A stretch of DNA of 64,000 nucleotides from an uncultured Gemmatimonadales bacterium (GCA_963823035.1 CAWGKG010000013.1:1-64000), one strand, 5' to 3'; counted from the stretch's first letter, positions 41,320 through 52,701 are shown. Notes: generated by a model not told the origin, from the sequence alone. Translations and numbers: made by a program.

Positions 41320-44016
41320 GGATCGAGCGGATCCGGCTGGACGCCTTCGGGCGCCTCTCCGGGATCGATACCGGCGAGCCGCCTCTCCCCGGCCTGGTCG
41401 TGGTGCTGGGACCCAACGAGGGCGGCAAGTCCACGCTCTTCCATTTCCTGACCTCGATGCTGTACGGCTTCTATCCGGCGTCGAGGGACACCAACCCGTA
41501 CGCGCCGTGGGACGGCGCGGAGCCGGCCGGCTCCATCGTCCTGCGCCTGGACGGCGGCGGGTGCGCCGACGTCGAGCGCCGTCTCCTGTTCCCAGCCGAC
41601 GGGACGCCTGACGCTCGACGGTCGGTCCGAGGATCTACGGAACCGGACGGTACCGTGGGCGGAGCACGTGCCGCGCACGGTCTTCCGCCAGGTCTTCGCG
41701 CTCACGCTGGACGAGCTCGCCGGGCTGGACGAGGAGACCTGGGGACGCGTCCAGGACCGCATCGTGGGCTCGATGGGCGCCACCGACATCCTCCCCGCGC
41801 GGCATGTCGCCGCCGACCTGGAGCAGGAGGCCGGTGAGCTGTGGCGGCCAAGCCGACGTGGCAACCAGCGCATCCGCGACCTGCAGCGAACGATCCTCTC
41901 GCTCCGCTCGAGGCGGCTCGAGGCGGCGGAGCGGGACCGGCGGCTACGCGCGGTGGTCACCGAGGTCGAAGCCGCGCGCGAGCGCCTGCACGAGGCTCGC
42001 CAGGCGCGCCACCTCGCCCGCCTGGCCGTGGAGCGGGTGCAGGCGCTCGTCCCGATCCGCGCCCAGATGCGCCGAATCGCGGCGCTGCGCGGGGACGCCG
42101 GGCCGCCCGAGCCCCTCCAGGGGATGCCCGCCGATCCGACGCTGGAGCTTCGCACTCTGCGCGACCGGCTGGACCGCCTCGAGCGCCGTCGCGAGGAGCT
42201 GCGCGTGGAGCGTACCGACCCCGAGGCCGCCCTCGCCGCCTTCGGGACCGCCGAGCGCGGCCTGCTGGAGCGGAGCGAGGCCGTCTCGTCCTTTCTGGGC
42301 CGCGCCGTCGCCCTGGGGGGAGACCGCGCCAGGCTCGCCGCGCTCGAGCAGGAGTCGCGCGACCTCGACCGTCGCCTGGAGGGCGCCGCGGCCACCGTGC
42401 TCGCCGCCCCCTGGGCCGACGTGCGCGAGGCGGACGTGGCGGCGCTCTCCGTGGCCGAGTTGCGTGAGCGCGTCCGCCGGCTCCAGGCGGCCCGCCAGGA
42501 GCGGCGCGTCCTGGAAGCAGGGCAGGCCGCCGGGCCGCAGCCCGCCCGCGCGGGCGCCGGCACGCTGGTGGCGTGGATCGTCCTCGCCGTGGTGGGCCTG
42601 GTCGTCCTGAGCGTCGGGATGAGCGGGGGCGGCACGGTCGTGACGTCCGTGGGCGCCGCCGTCGCGGCGCTCGGCGTGATCCTCCTGGTGGTGGAGTTCG
42701 TCGGGCGCGGACGGGCCACGCGCCCCGCCGCCGACGCGCCGTCTCCCGACCCCGGAACGGCCGAGCGGGCCGAGAAGGCCGCACGCGTCGCCGTCGCCGA
42801 CCTCCTCGGCGACCTTCCGGTCCTGCCCTCCCTCCTCGAAGAGCCCGCGAACGGACTGGTGGCCGGGATGGAGAGGATCCAGGAGCTTCTGCGAGACCGG
42901 GCGGAGCGCGCGAGGATCGCGGACGAGCTGCGAGGCCGCGTCACGGAGACCGACGCCGAGGCCTCGGCGCTGGTCGGCGCGCTCGCGCTGGAGGCCGTGG
43001 CCGGCGCCGAGGCCGTGGCGCACCTCCTCGATCGGGAGGTGCGACGGGCCGAGCGCCTGCGCGAGGCCGCAACAGGGGCCCGGCGCGAGCTGCGACGGCT
43101 GGAGCGCGAGGAGGCGCGCGTCGCCGAGGAGATCCGGGAGCAGTCCGCCACGGTCGGCCGTCTCCGGCAGCGGCTCGAGGACGCTGGAGGAGGCGACGCC
43201 ACGGAGGGGGCGCTTCGGGTCCGGGAACGCATCCAGGCCGCGGAGCGGGCGGACCAGCTGCAGGAGGAGCTCGAGCGGGCCCACCCCGACCTCGAGGAGA
43301 TCCGGGTCCGCATCGAGCGCGCCGAGGCGTCGGGCGATTCCTGGACCACGGACGACGACGATCTCGCTCGCAGGAAGGCACGCGTCGAGGAGCTCACCGA
43401 GGAGGTGGAGACGCTCGCCCGCCGGGTGGAGGGCCTGGAGCGCGACGCGGTGCACCTGCGAGAGGTCGAGACCGTGGACGCCGTGGACGGCGAGATCGCC
43501 GCCCTCCAGGAGGAGGAGCAGGCGCTCCTTCTCGAGCGGGACCGCCGCTGGCTTCTGGCACGTATCCTGCGGCAAGCGGACCGCCGCTTCCGTGAGGAGC
43601 ATCAGCCGGACCTGCTGCGCCGCGCGAGCGGCTACCTCGCCGGGCTCACCGCAGGCCGCTACGACCGCATCGTGGCGGACGAGGGCTCCGGGGACGGCCG
43701 CTTCCAGGTGGTCGGCCCGGGGTTGCCGGGGCCGGTGCTGCTGGCGCCGCCCATCTCGACCGGTACGCTCGAGCAGGCCTACCTCGCGCTGCGGCTCGCC
43801 ATCGTCGACCACCTCGACCAGGGTCTCGAGCGACTCCCGCTCTTCGCCGACGAGGTGCTCGTCAACTGGGACCACCGGCGCCGCACGCGCGGCCTCCGGC
43901 TGCTGGCCGGCGTCGCGAAGCAGCGTCAGGTCTTCGTCTTCACCTGCCATCCAGAGCTGGCGAGCGGCCTCGAAGACGAGGGCGCGAGGTTGCTGCGCCT
44001 CGGCCCCGAGGGCTGA
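41316..44016 (+). CDS. YhaN/SbcE-type SMC-like ATPase with central TM hairpin; apparent frameshift near 41590
   Basis: Walker A GPNEGGKST, long coiled coils, two hydrophobic helices at ~42560-42700, signature ISTGT and Walker B/D-loop LFADEVLVNWD, FTCH. Confidence 0.88.
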
Positions 44017-44046
44017 CCGCGGGACCCCGTCCTCCATGCGAACCCC

Positions 44047-44930
44047 ATGACCCCCGAGCTTCCCCTGCACGTCGAAGTCCGCGGGCGCGCCGGCGCCGAC
44101 GCGGAGACGTTCGTGCTGCTGCACGGGTACGGAGCGTCTTCGTTCTCGTGGCGCACCTGGGTGCCCGCGCTGGAGCGGAGGGGGCGCGTCCTCCTCGTCG
44201 ACCTGAAGGGCTTCGGCGCCGGCGCCGCAGCCGGACGACGGCCGCTACGCGCCCACGGATCAGGCGGAGCTGGTCCATCGCCTCCTCGTGGAGCGCGACG
44301 AGCGCGACGTGACCCTGCTCGGGCATTCCCTCGGCGGCGGGATCGCGCTGCTGACGGCGCTCCGGCTCCTCGACGACGGCGGCGACCGCCTCCGCCGTCT
44401 CGTGATCGTGGCGGGCGCCGCGTACCGGCAACCGCTGCCTCCTTTCGTTTCCCTCGCGCACCACCCTCGCTTCTCCCGGGCGCTGCTGCGCATCCTCGGT
44501 GCGACCTTCGTGGCGCGCGCGGTCCTGCGCACCTGCGTGTACGATGCGGCCAGCGTGACGCGCGAGCAGGTGGACGGGTACGCGGCTCCGCTCCGTCGGC
44601 GGGGATCGGGCCGGGTCCTGATCGACACCGCCCTCCAGATCGTGCCGGGAGAGATGGACGCCCTGACCGCGCGCTACGGCGAGATCGACGTACCGACCCT
44701 CCTCCTCTGGGGACGGCAGGACCGCGTCGTGCCGCTGGCGAACGGCGCCGCCGACTGGCCGAGCGCGCTCCCGCGGGCACGGCTGGTCGTCCTCGAGCGC
44801 TGCGGGCACTTCCCGCCGAGGAGCTGCCCGCCGAGTCGTTGCGGGTGCTGGAGACGTTCCTCGACGAGAGCCGCGTCGGGCGGACTCAGCCCTCCGCCGC
44901 CGCCTCCTGCACGTCCGACGCTCCACGTGA
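44047..44930 (+). CDS. Alpha/beta hydrolase; frameshifted, 3' end uncertain
   Basis: LLHGYG, VDLKGFG, GHSLGG, WGRQDRVVP and CGH, spread over two frames. Confidence 0.8.
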
Positions 44931-45363
44931 CCTCCACCGCCCCCTTCAGCGACTGGGCCGTGGGGCACTTCTCGACGTGCGTCGCCAGCGCGCGGTCCAC
45001 CTTGTCGCGTGGCGTCCCCGCCGGGAGCCGCAGCTCGTAGCGTACGTGGATCCGCTTCAGCAGGGGGATGCGGTCCACCATCTCGTTCGTTCCCTCGGCG
45101 GTCGCGACGATCGCGTCGCCGCCCAGTGAGATCCCGCGCACCTCCAGTGCGCCGTTGAGCGTCCCGAGCAGTCAGCCGGCAGCAGCGGCCACGAGGTAGT
45201 CCACGGGGAGCGGGAGGTTGGGCTGGGAGTCGAGCCCGTAGTGCGCCTTCACGGGTCCGTGGACGCCCAGCTCGAGCACGGTCCCGTCCTGCAGCTCGGC
45301 GCGGCGATGCACGCCCTCGACCTTGTGGACCCGCGACTTGGAAACGTAGAACGGCTCGGTCAT
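44886..45363 (-). CDS. OsmC/Ohr-family protein with in-frame TGA at codon 64, probable selenocysteine
   Basis: PVDYLVAAAAG-TGA(45174-45172)-LLGTL continues in frame into IHVRYEL...VEKCPTAQSL. 3' end assumes one extra base near 44917. Confidence 0.8.
45119..45171 (-). promoter_or_regulatory. Candidate bacterial SECIS element
   Basis: Directly 3' of the UGA: lower stem CUGCUCGG/CUGGGCGG, upper stem GCGCAC/GUGCGC, loop UGGAG starting at +26. Confidence 0.6.
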
Positions 45364-45575
45364 TCCGACTCCTCCGCGAAGCTCTTCCAGGAATCCTCGC
45401 CACCACCCTCCCACCCCGGGCACGCGAGCACGGGGAGCGGTGGGTACTTCGGGTATCCCGGGTCCGTCCGGGACCTCGTGCACATGTAGAAGATCGAGCC
45501 CTTCCGGTTCCCGGTCGTGCGATGGTGCCGGCAGGACGCGCACAGCCCGGCCCGGTGGTGACCCGCGTCCGTCAC
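45360..45575 (-). CDS. Small 71-aa four-cysteine protein, possible metal-binding finger
   Basis: GLCASCRH...FYMC...PKYPPLPVLACPGW. GTGA and ATGA overlaps with both neighbours. Confidence 0.7.
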   Translation of the reverse strand: MTDAGHHRAGLCASCRHHRTTGNRKGSIFYMCTRSRTDPGYPKYPPLPVLACPGWEGGGEDSWKSFAEESE

Positions 45576-46353
45576 CTCCTCACCCCGAGGAAGCCGACCT
45601 GCCGCTCGCGCGTCGCCCCCGCGATGGGAGAAGAAGCCTTCGCCGCAGCGCGTGCAATGCCCGGAGACCGTCACGTTGCGCAGCTCGACACCGACCGCAA
45701 CGGCCCGCTCCGCCAGCGCCGCCCGCAGATCCAGGGGCTCGGGACCCATCGGACGGGGCAGGCCCGAGAGCCTCGAAGACCTCGGGCCCCACCTCGTAGC
45801 AGCGGCCGCAGATCGACGGACCCAGGTGCACGTGCAGGTCGGCCGCCCGCGACGCGGCCCGCTCCGCCAGCACCGCCACGCCCCGCTCCAGGATGCCCGC
45901 GGCCGCGCCCCGCCATCCTGCGTGCAGGAGGGCCGCCGCCCGCCGTTTCGGGTCCACCACCGACACGGGCACGCAGTCCGCGGTGGTCACCGCCATGAGG
46001 ACGTCGGCGTCCCGGGTGGCGTGCCCGTCGCACGGCTCGGTCACCAGCAGTCCGGGCGCGCCACGCCCGTGGACGCGTACGGCCGCGCCGTGGACCTGGC
46101 GCGCGTGCACGGCCCGCGTGAAGCCGGTCCCGCGCAGGAGCGCCTCCCACCGCCTCGATACCGCGCCGGCCGGGGAGGCTTCCCCGAAGAGGGCCAGGTC
46201 GAACGGGTCGGCGTCCTCCCCCCGCCCGGTCGATCCCTGGACCAGCCAGGGGAACGCCTCCCGCCACTCGGGGTGAACCACCCATGGCAGGCCGGACGCC
46301 GGGACCTCCCGGACCGTGCGGAAGGAAGCGCGCCGCGGTGCGGTGTCGTTCAC
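45572..46353 (-). CDS. pgeF: YfiH/PgeF-family protein; 2 apparent frameshifts (~45760, ~45610)
   Basis: QVHG, TADCVPV, HAGWRG, GPSICGRCYEVG. Shifted frames give LDLRA, CTRC, FFSHR, RQVGFLG. Confidence 0.88.
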
Positions 46354-46432
46354 GGCTTCGGGCTCCGGGCCAGGGCCTGATGTAGTATTATGATTCCGCC
46401 TCCAGCCGGGGGCGCACCTTCGAGCCGGGACG

Positions 46433-49320
46433 ATGGACGAACCCCTCTTCGACAGCCAGAACGTCGCCTACGCACAGGCGATGTTCGAGCAGTACGCCCG
46501 CAACCCCGAATCGGTCCCCGAAGCCTGGCGCGAGCTCTTCGCGGACGGAGGCGGGAGGGCCGTGGCGGAAGGCCTCTACGTGCCCGAGCAGCTCAACGGG
46601 CACCGCGCGGTGGCCGCGGCCCCCGTGCCGTCTCGCGCCGCGGCGCTGCCGTCGGCGGAGGAGATCCCTCCGATCCTGGAGTCGGCCGCGCACAGCCACT
46701 CCGAGGCCGCCGAGCACCTGCGCCGCGTCCTCCCGGTGGTCTCGCGCGCGGCCGCTCTCGTGCAGGCGTTCCGCGACCACGGCCACCAGCTCGCCCGCAT
46801 CGATCCGCTGGGCAGCGAGCCGCACGGACATCCGCAGCTGAGCCCCGCCTTCTTCGGCACCTCGATGGAGGAGCTGGCCGGGCTGCCGTCCTCGCTCGTG
46901 ATGGAGGACGAGCAGGAGCGCTCCGTCGCCGACGCGCTGCACGAGCTGCGCGACATCTACGCCGGCTCCATCGGCTACGAGTTCGAGCACCTCGACGACC
47001 ACGTGAAGGTCGAGTGGCTGTGGGACCAGGTGGAGACCGGGGCCAACTTCCCGGACATGACGACCGAGCAGAAGCGGCGCCTCCTCCACAGGCTGACGCA
47101 GGTCGAGGGGCTGGAGCAGTTCCTCCACCGCGCCTACCTGGGCCAGAAGCGCTTCTCCGTCGAGGGCACCGACATGCTGGTGCCGATGATCGACCTGGCG
47201 ATGGAGGAGGCCATCCGCGACGGCGCGGTCGAGGCCGTGCTGGGCATGGCCCACCGGGGTCGGCTCAACGTGCTCACCCACATCGTGGGCGTCTCCTACG
47301 GGGAGCTGCTCGCCGAGTTCGAGGGGCCGAGCTTCAAGGGTGGCCAGCTCGACGTGGGCGGCACCGGCGACGTGAAGTACCACCACGGCGCGCGCGGCAC
47401 AGCGCACCTTCGAGGGCGTCGGTGAGATCGGCGTGACGCTCATGCCGAACCCCAGCCATCTGGAGTTCGTGAACCCGGTGGTGACCGGCTTCGCGCGCTC
47501 CCGCCAGTTCGACGGGCACCGGACGCGAGGCCAACCTCGACACCAAGCGCGTCGTGCCGATCCTCATCCACGGCGACGCGGCCTTCGCGGCCGAGGGCGT
47601 GGTCGCCGAGACGCTCAACATGGCCCGCCTCGCCGGCTACGACGTCGGCGGCACGGTGCACATCATCGCGAACAACCAGATCGGCTTCACCACCGACCCG
47701 CGGGACAGCCGCTCGACCACCTACGCCAGCGACCTGGCCAAGGGCTACGGCATTCCCGATCGTGCACGTGAACGCGGACGACCCGAGGCCTGCCTCGCGG
47801 CCGTGCGCCTGGCCATGGCCTACCGCACCGAGTTCCGGGACGACTTCGTGATCGACCTGGTCGGTTACCGCCGCCACGGGCACAACGAGGGCGACGAGCC
47901 GGCGTACACGCAGCCCGTTCTCTACGCGAAGATCGCCGAGCATCCGACCGCGCGGGCCATCTACGCGGACAAGCTGCGCGACAGCGGCGTGCTGTCCGAG
48001 GACGACGTCCAGGCGATGGTCGACGAGGTGTCCGCGAGAGCTGCGCGAGGCGCAGGACACCGTGCGCGAGCACCGGCCCGTCGGCGACGAGGAGCTCGAC
48101 CCCGACTACGAGGTCCCGGTCGTCCCGGACACCACGGGCGTGTCGCTCGATCGGCTCGCGGCCGTCAACGACGCGCTGGTGCGCCTCCCCGAGGGCTTCA
48201 AGCCGCACCCGAAGCTGTGGCGGCAGCTCGAGCGGCGCGCGCACGACTTCGGGCCCGAGCGGACGCTCGACTGGGGGCACGCGGAGTCGCTCGCGCTTCG
48301 GCACGCTGCTCATGGACGAGATCCCGATCCGCCTGACCGGGCAGGACAGCCAGCGCGGCACGTTCAGCCACCGGCACCTCGTGCTCCACGACGTGGAGAC
48401 CGGCCGTCGAGTGCATGCCGATCCAGCAGGTCTCCGAGACCCGCCTGGAGATCTACAACTCGCCGCTGACCGAGACCGCCGTCATCGGGTTCGAGTACGG
48501 CTACTCGGTGGGCGCCGACACCGACGTCGTGCTGTGGGAGGCGCAGTTCGGCGACTTCGTGAACGTCGCGCAGGTCATGATCGACCAGTTCCTCTCGTCG
48601 GGGCTGACGAAGTGGGGGCAGTACTCCCGCCTCACGCTCCTCCTGCCGCACGGCTACGAGGGGCAGGGGCCGGAGCACTCGAGCGCGCGCCTGGAGCGCT
48701 TCCTCCAGCTCTGCGCCGAGGACAACATGCGCGTCACCTATCCGACGACGCCCGGCGCAGTACTTCCACCTCCTGCGCAGGCAGGCGCTGCGGCGGCCCG
48801 AGCGGCCGATGGTCGTCATGACGCCCAAGAGCCTGCTGCGCCATCCGATGGCGACGTCGACCGTGGCCGAACTGGTCGAGGGTGACTTCCGGCACGTGAT
48901 CGACGACCCGGCGTCGAGAAGGCCGAGGCCGTCGAGCGCCTGGTGCTGTGCTCGGGGAAGGTCTACTACGACATCCAGGGGCACGCGCGGCGCGCCGAGG
49001 CCGACGCACGCCGCGGTCGCCCGCCTGGAGCTGCTCTATCCCTTCCCGGCCGAGGCGCTGCGCGAGCTGCTCGATGCGGTATCCGAACCTGCGCGAGGTC
49101 GTGTGGACGCAGGAGGAGCCGCGCAACATGGGCGCGCTCACCTTCGTCGGGCCCGCGCCTGCGTGCGGTGGTGCCGCGGAAGATCCCGCTCTCCTACGTG
49201 GCCCGCCCCGAGCGGGCGAGCCCGGCGGAGGGAAAGGCCAAGGACCACGCGCCGCAGCAGCAGAAGGTCGTGCTGGAGGCGCTGGGGTTGGAGCCGGAGG
49301 CTCCGCAAGAAGAGGGCTAG
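46433..49320 (+). CDS. sucA: 2-oxoglutarate dehydrogenase E1; about a dozen apparent frameshifts
   Basis: [99 protein letters not shown]. Confidence 0.92.
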
Positions 49321-49331
49321 CGCCTACGCGT

Positions 49332-49844
49332 CTACACGTGCGGCCCGACCGTCATCGTCACCACCGCGATCAGCAGGAGCACGGCCGTGATGCGCGAGTA
49401 CGCGCGCACCTTGCCCTGGAGGCGCGCCATCTCGGCCTGGTCCGCCGCCGAAGGCGGCGCTCCGGACGCGCCGACGCGCCCCATGAGCGCCGCGAGCTTC
49501 TTCACGGAGGTGCGCACGCCGTGCGCGCCCGTCCCCAGCGCGAGGATACCGGCGAGCATTCCGGTGCTGAGCAGCATCCCGGATGTCGAGCCCATGAAGC
49601 CCGACGAGAAGTGACCGGAAAGGCGCCATAGCAGCCAGAATCCGGTCAGCACGTTCAGCAGCGCCAGCACGCTGATGAAGCCGCTGTAGCCGCGTCGAAC
49701 CATGTTGCCCATCACGGCGCCGCCGGCCGGACCGGCGTCGCGAACCGAAGGCTCCAGGAAGAGCACGACCATGAACGTCGCGCCCGCCCAGAAGACCCCG
49801 AACAGGACGTGGATCACGCGCGCCGTGACGTAGATAGCCTCCAT
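49332..49844 (-). CDS. Four-TM hypothetical membrane protein
   Basis: RVIHVLFGVFWAG start and four hydrophobic helices. Confidence 0.7.
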   Translation of the reverse strand: MEAIYVTARVIHVLFGVFWAGATFMVVLFLEPSVRDAGPAGGAVMGNMVRRGYSGFISVLALLNVLTGFWLLWRLSGHFSSGFMGSTSGMLLSTGMLAGILALGTGAHGVRTSVKKLAALMGRVGASGAPPSAADQAEMARLQGKVRAYSRITAVLLLIAVVTMTVGPHV

Positions 49845-49942
49845 GTGGACCCGCCCCCTCTTTTTGTTCGATCGGTGGTGTGGCGGCCGGTGCTGCCGGC
49901 CCGCCGTGAACGCGGCGCCCCCTGGGCGCCGCGGACTTCGCG

Positions 49943-51311
49943 TCAGCGTCGGCGGATCTGGGCGCTCGGGAAGCGAACCACGCTCTCGTTCCCGTCCGTG
50001 CCCACCGCCGCGACGCCGAAGAGGTAGTTGTCGATCACGAGGTTCGCCAGCGTGCTCTCGGTGACGTTGCCGACGAACTTCGAATGCTGCCACTGCGGAG
50101 CGGTGGTCTCCCGCCAGTAGACCTTGTAGCCGGCCAGGTTCGGGTCGTCGACCGGGTCCCACTGCGAGCGTCGTGGACGGCTGGACCGCGCCCCCGATGC
50201 GCACGTTGTCGGGCGCCGGCGGCGCCCACGCGAGCGAGGCGAGCACGGCGGCGTTCACCGCCGTGAGCCGCGCGGCGTAGTCGAAGTCCACCCCCTCGAT
50301 CACGTCGCCGTACGCGATGCCGTTCTCCGTGCGCAGGTTCTGATGCTGCCGCACGTAGTTCTCGTGCGTCTCCATGATGCGCACCGCCGGAAAGCCGGCG
50401 TCGTTGAACGGGCGGTGATGCCCGCCGCGACCGAAGCGGTCGAGCCGGTAGACCATCATCGCGCGCAGGTCGGTGAAGTACGTGTCCGTGATGCGGGCCA
50501 CGTATCGGGCGAGCTGGCGCGAGGGTCCGTCCACCTCGCCGCCGAACGTGCGGTAGGAGCGCAGCTCCTGCTCGGTCGCCGTGGCCGGATAGGGCTCCGA
50601 GAAGACGCGGAACACGCCGTTGTCGATGCGCCCGTCGATCCCCTGGATGTTGCCGATCATGTCGTCGTTCAGGACCGCGGCGATGTCCCACCCCTCGTCC
50701 ACCGCGACCTGCGCCATGTGCCGGCCACCCCACAGCCCCTGCTCCTCGCCCGAGAGTCCGACCAGGACGACGGAGGTGGGGAAGCGGTACTGCGACAGCA
50801 CGCGCGCGGCCTCCAGCACGCCGGCCATCCCCGACGCGTTGTCGTTGGCGCCCGGCGCGTCGCCCTCGACGTCCATCGTGTTCGAGTTCCGCGAGTCGAT
50901 GTCGCCGCTCATGATCACGTAGCGGTTCGGATGGACCGTGCCCCGGATCACCGCCACGACGTTCACCACGTTCACCGGGTGGGGAAGGCGCTCGCCCTCC
51001 TGCAGCGCTTCCTGGTAGGACACCTCCATGCACCCGCCGCACGCGGCGGAGATACGGTCCATCTCGGCCTTGATCCAGCGACGCGCGGCGCCGATGCCGC
51101 GCGTGTCCGACACGGTGTCCGAGAGCGTGTTGCGCGTGCCGAAACCGACCAGCGTGCGCACGTCGCTCTCGATGCGCTCGGCGGACGTGGCGCCAGCGAT
51201 GTCGTAGACGCGTGGATCGACGGGCGGCGGCACGTCGCCCGTCTGCGCGCGGAGGGAAGCGGGGCCGAGAACGGCGAACGCCGCGGCGGCGAGGAGCTTC
51301 GAGCGACTCAA
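49943..51311 (-). CDS. Secreted M28-family peptidase with C-terminal FN3-like domain; frameshift near 50165
   Basis: TTG start after GGGAG, signal peptide, FGTRNT, APGANDNASG, SGEEQGL, DRFGRGGHH. Shifted frame gives AGYKVYWRETT...DNYLFGV. Confidence 0.85.
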
Positions 51312-51373
51312 GGTGCGACTCCCGTGGGGTGGGCCGTGCGGCCCGGGTGGCCTCGACCCGGATAAGATGGCGA

Positions 51374-52363
51374 CTACCACTTCAGCAGCAACTTCCCGAA
51401 GGTATCGTTCTCCTCCATCACGCGGTGCGCCTCTCCGGCCTCCTCGGGCGCGAAGACGCGATCCACCACGGGCCGCAGGTCCCCCGACCGGAAGTGCGGG
51501 AGCACGCGTTCCTCGAAGGCGCGCGCGAGCGCCGCCTTCTCCTCGACCGGCCGCGCGCGCAGGACCGTGCCGCGCAGCGAGGCCCGCTTGCCCATCAGCG
51601 CGCGCAGATCGATCTCGGCGCGGGGGCCTCCCGGCACGCCGATCACGATGTGGCGCCCCCCGCTCGCGATCACCTTCTGGTTGTGCGCCAGGTACGGGCC
51701 GCCCACCAGATCGACGATGAGGTCGACGCCCCTTCCGGCCGTGAGGTCCAGGACGCGCTGCGGCCATCCCTCGTCGGCCAGAACCGGCTCGTCCAGTCCG
51801 AGCGCCTCCGCCCGCTGCAGCTTGGTGGCCGTGCGCGACGTCCCGATCGTGCGGGCGCCGAAGGCGCGCGCCAGCTGGAGGGTCGCCGTGCCCACCCCGC
51901 TTCCCACCGCGTGGATCAGCACCACCTCGCCCTCGGACAGGCCCTCCTGGACGAAGGCCGCGTCGAAGGCGGTCATGTAGGCCTCCGGCAAAGCGCCCGC
52001 CTCGTCCAGCGACATCCCCTCGGGGGCGGGCACGAGCGTGGAGCCATCCGTGACCACCTGTTCGGCGTAGCCTCCGCCGCCCACGATCCCCATGACGGAG
52101 TCGCCGGGCCGCCAACGCGTCTCGCCCTCGCCGACGGCGTCCACCGTGCCGGCCACCTCCAGGCCGGGCACGTCGGCGGGCCATCCCGGCGGCGCCGGAT
52201 ACAGGCCCCTGCGCTGCAGGAGGTCCGCCCGGTTGACGCCCGACGTCGCGGTGCGCACGCGCACCTGGCCGGGCCCCGGCTCGGGGAGGGGCACGGACCG
52301 CACCTTCAGGACCTCCGGCCCGCCCGGCTCCGTGACCACCACCGCCCGCATGCTCTCCGCCAT
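51374..52363 (-). CDS. NAD(P)H:quinone oxidoreductase, PIG3/zeta-crystallin family
   Basis: GVNRADLLQRRGLY, PGLEVAG, HAVGSGVG, GTVLRAR, FGKLLL. Confidence 0.92.
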   Translation of the reverse strand: MAESMRAVVVTEPGGPEVLKVRSVPLPEPGPGQVRVRTATSGVNRADLLQRRGLYPAPPGWPADVPGLEVAGTVDAVGEGETRWRPGDSVMGIVGGGGYAEQVVTDGSTLVPAPEGMSLDEAGALPEAYMTAFDAAFVQEGLSEGEVVLIHAVGSGVGTATLQLARAFGARTIGTSRTATKLQRAEALGLDEPVLADEGWPQRVLDLTAGRGVDLIVDLVGGPYLAHNQKVIASGGRHIVIGVPGGPRAEIDLRALMGKRASLRGTVLRARPVEEKAALARAFEERVLPHFRSGDLRPVVDRVFAPEEAGEAHRVMEENDTFGKLLLKW

Positions 52364-52461
52364 GGTCCGCCCTCCTCAGCGATGTTCGAGGCGTTGTCTT
52401 CCCGCGATGCGCTTCTACCTTCCCACCCCGTACCCGCGCGTCCGATCCCCGGAGGTCCGCA

Positions 52462-52701
52462 TTGTTCTACCAGCTCGTCTCCCTCGTCGGAGCGGCGCTC
52501 ATCCTCGTGGCGTACGCGCTCAACCAGGCCGGCCGCGTCCGCCCGTCCGACACCGCCTACATGCTCATGAACTTCGTCGGGGCGGCGCTGCTCGCGTGGG
52601 TGGCGGTGGTGGACCGGCGCGTGGGGTTCATCGTCCTGGAGGGCGCATGGGCGGTCCTGTCCCTCGTCCCGCTCGTGCGCCGGCGCCGCCGGCCCGCCTG
52701 A
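52462..52701 (+). CDS. Small three-TM membrane protein (CBU_0592-like)
   Basis: GGAGG RBS, GAALILVAY, YMLMNFVGA, GFIVLEGAW. Confidence 0.72.
   Translation: MFYQLVSLVGAALILVAYALNQAGRVRPSDTAYMLMNFVGAALLAWVAVVDRRVGFIVLEGAWAVLSLVPLVRRRRRPA

Noticed and set aside
49332..52184. 950-aa ORF joining an M28 peptidase to a membrane protein
   Set aside because: Produced by a frameshift near 50165 plus an off-frame read of the oxidoreductase. Three separate genes explain it.
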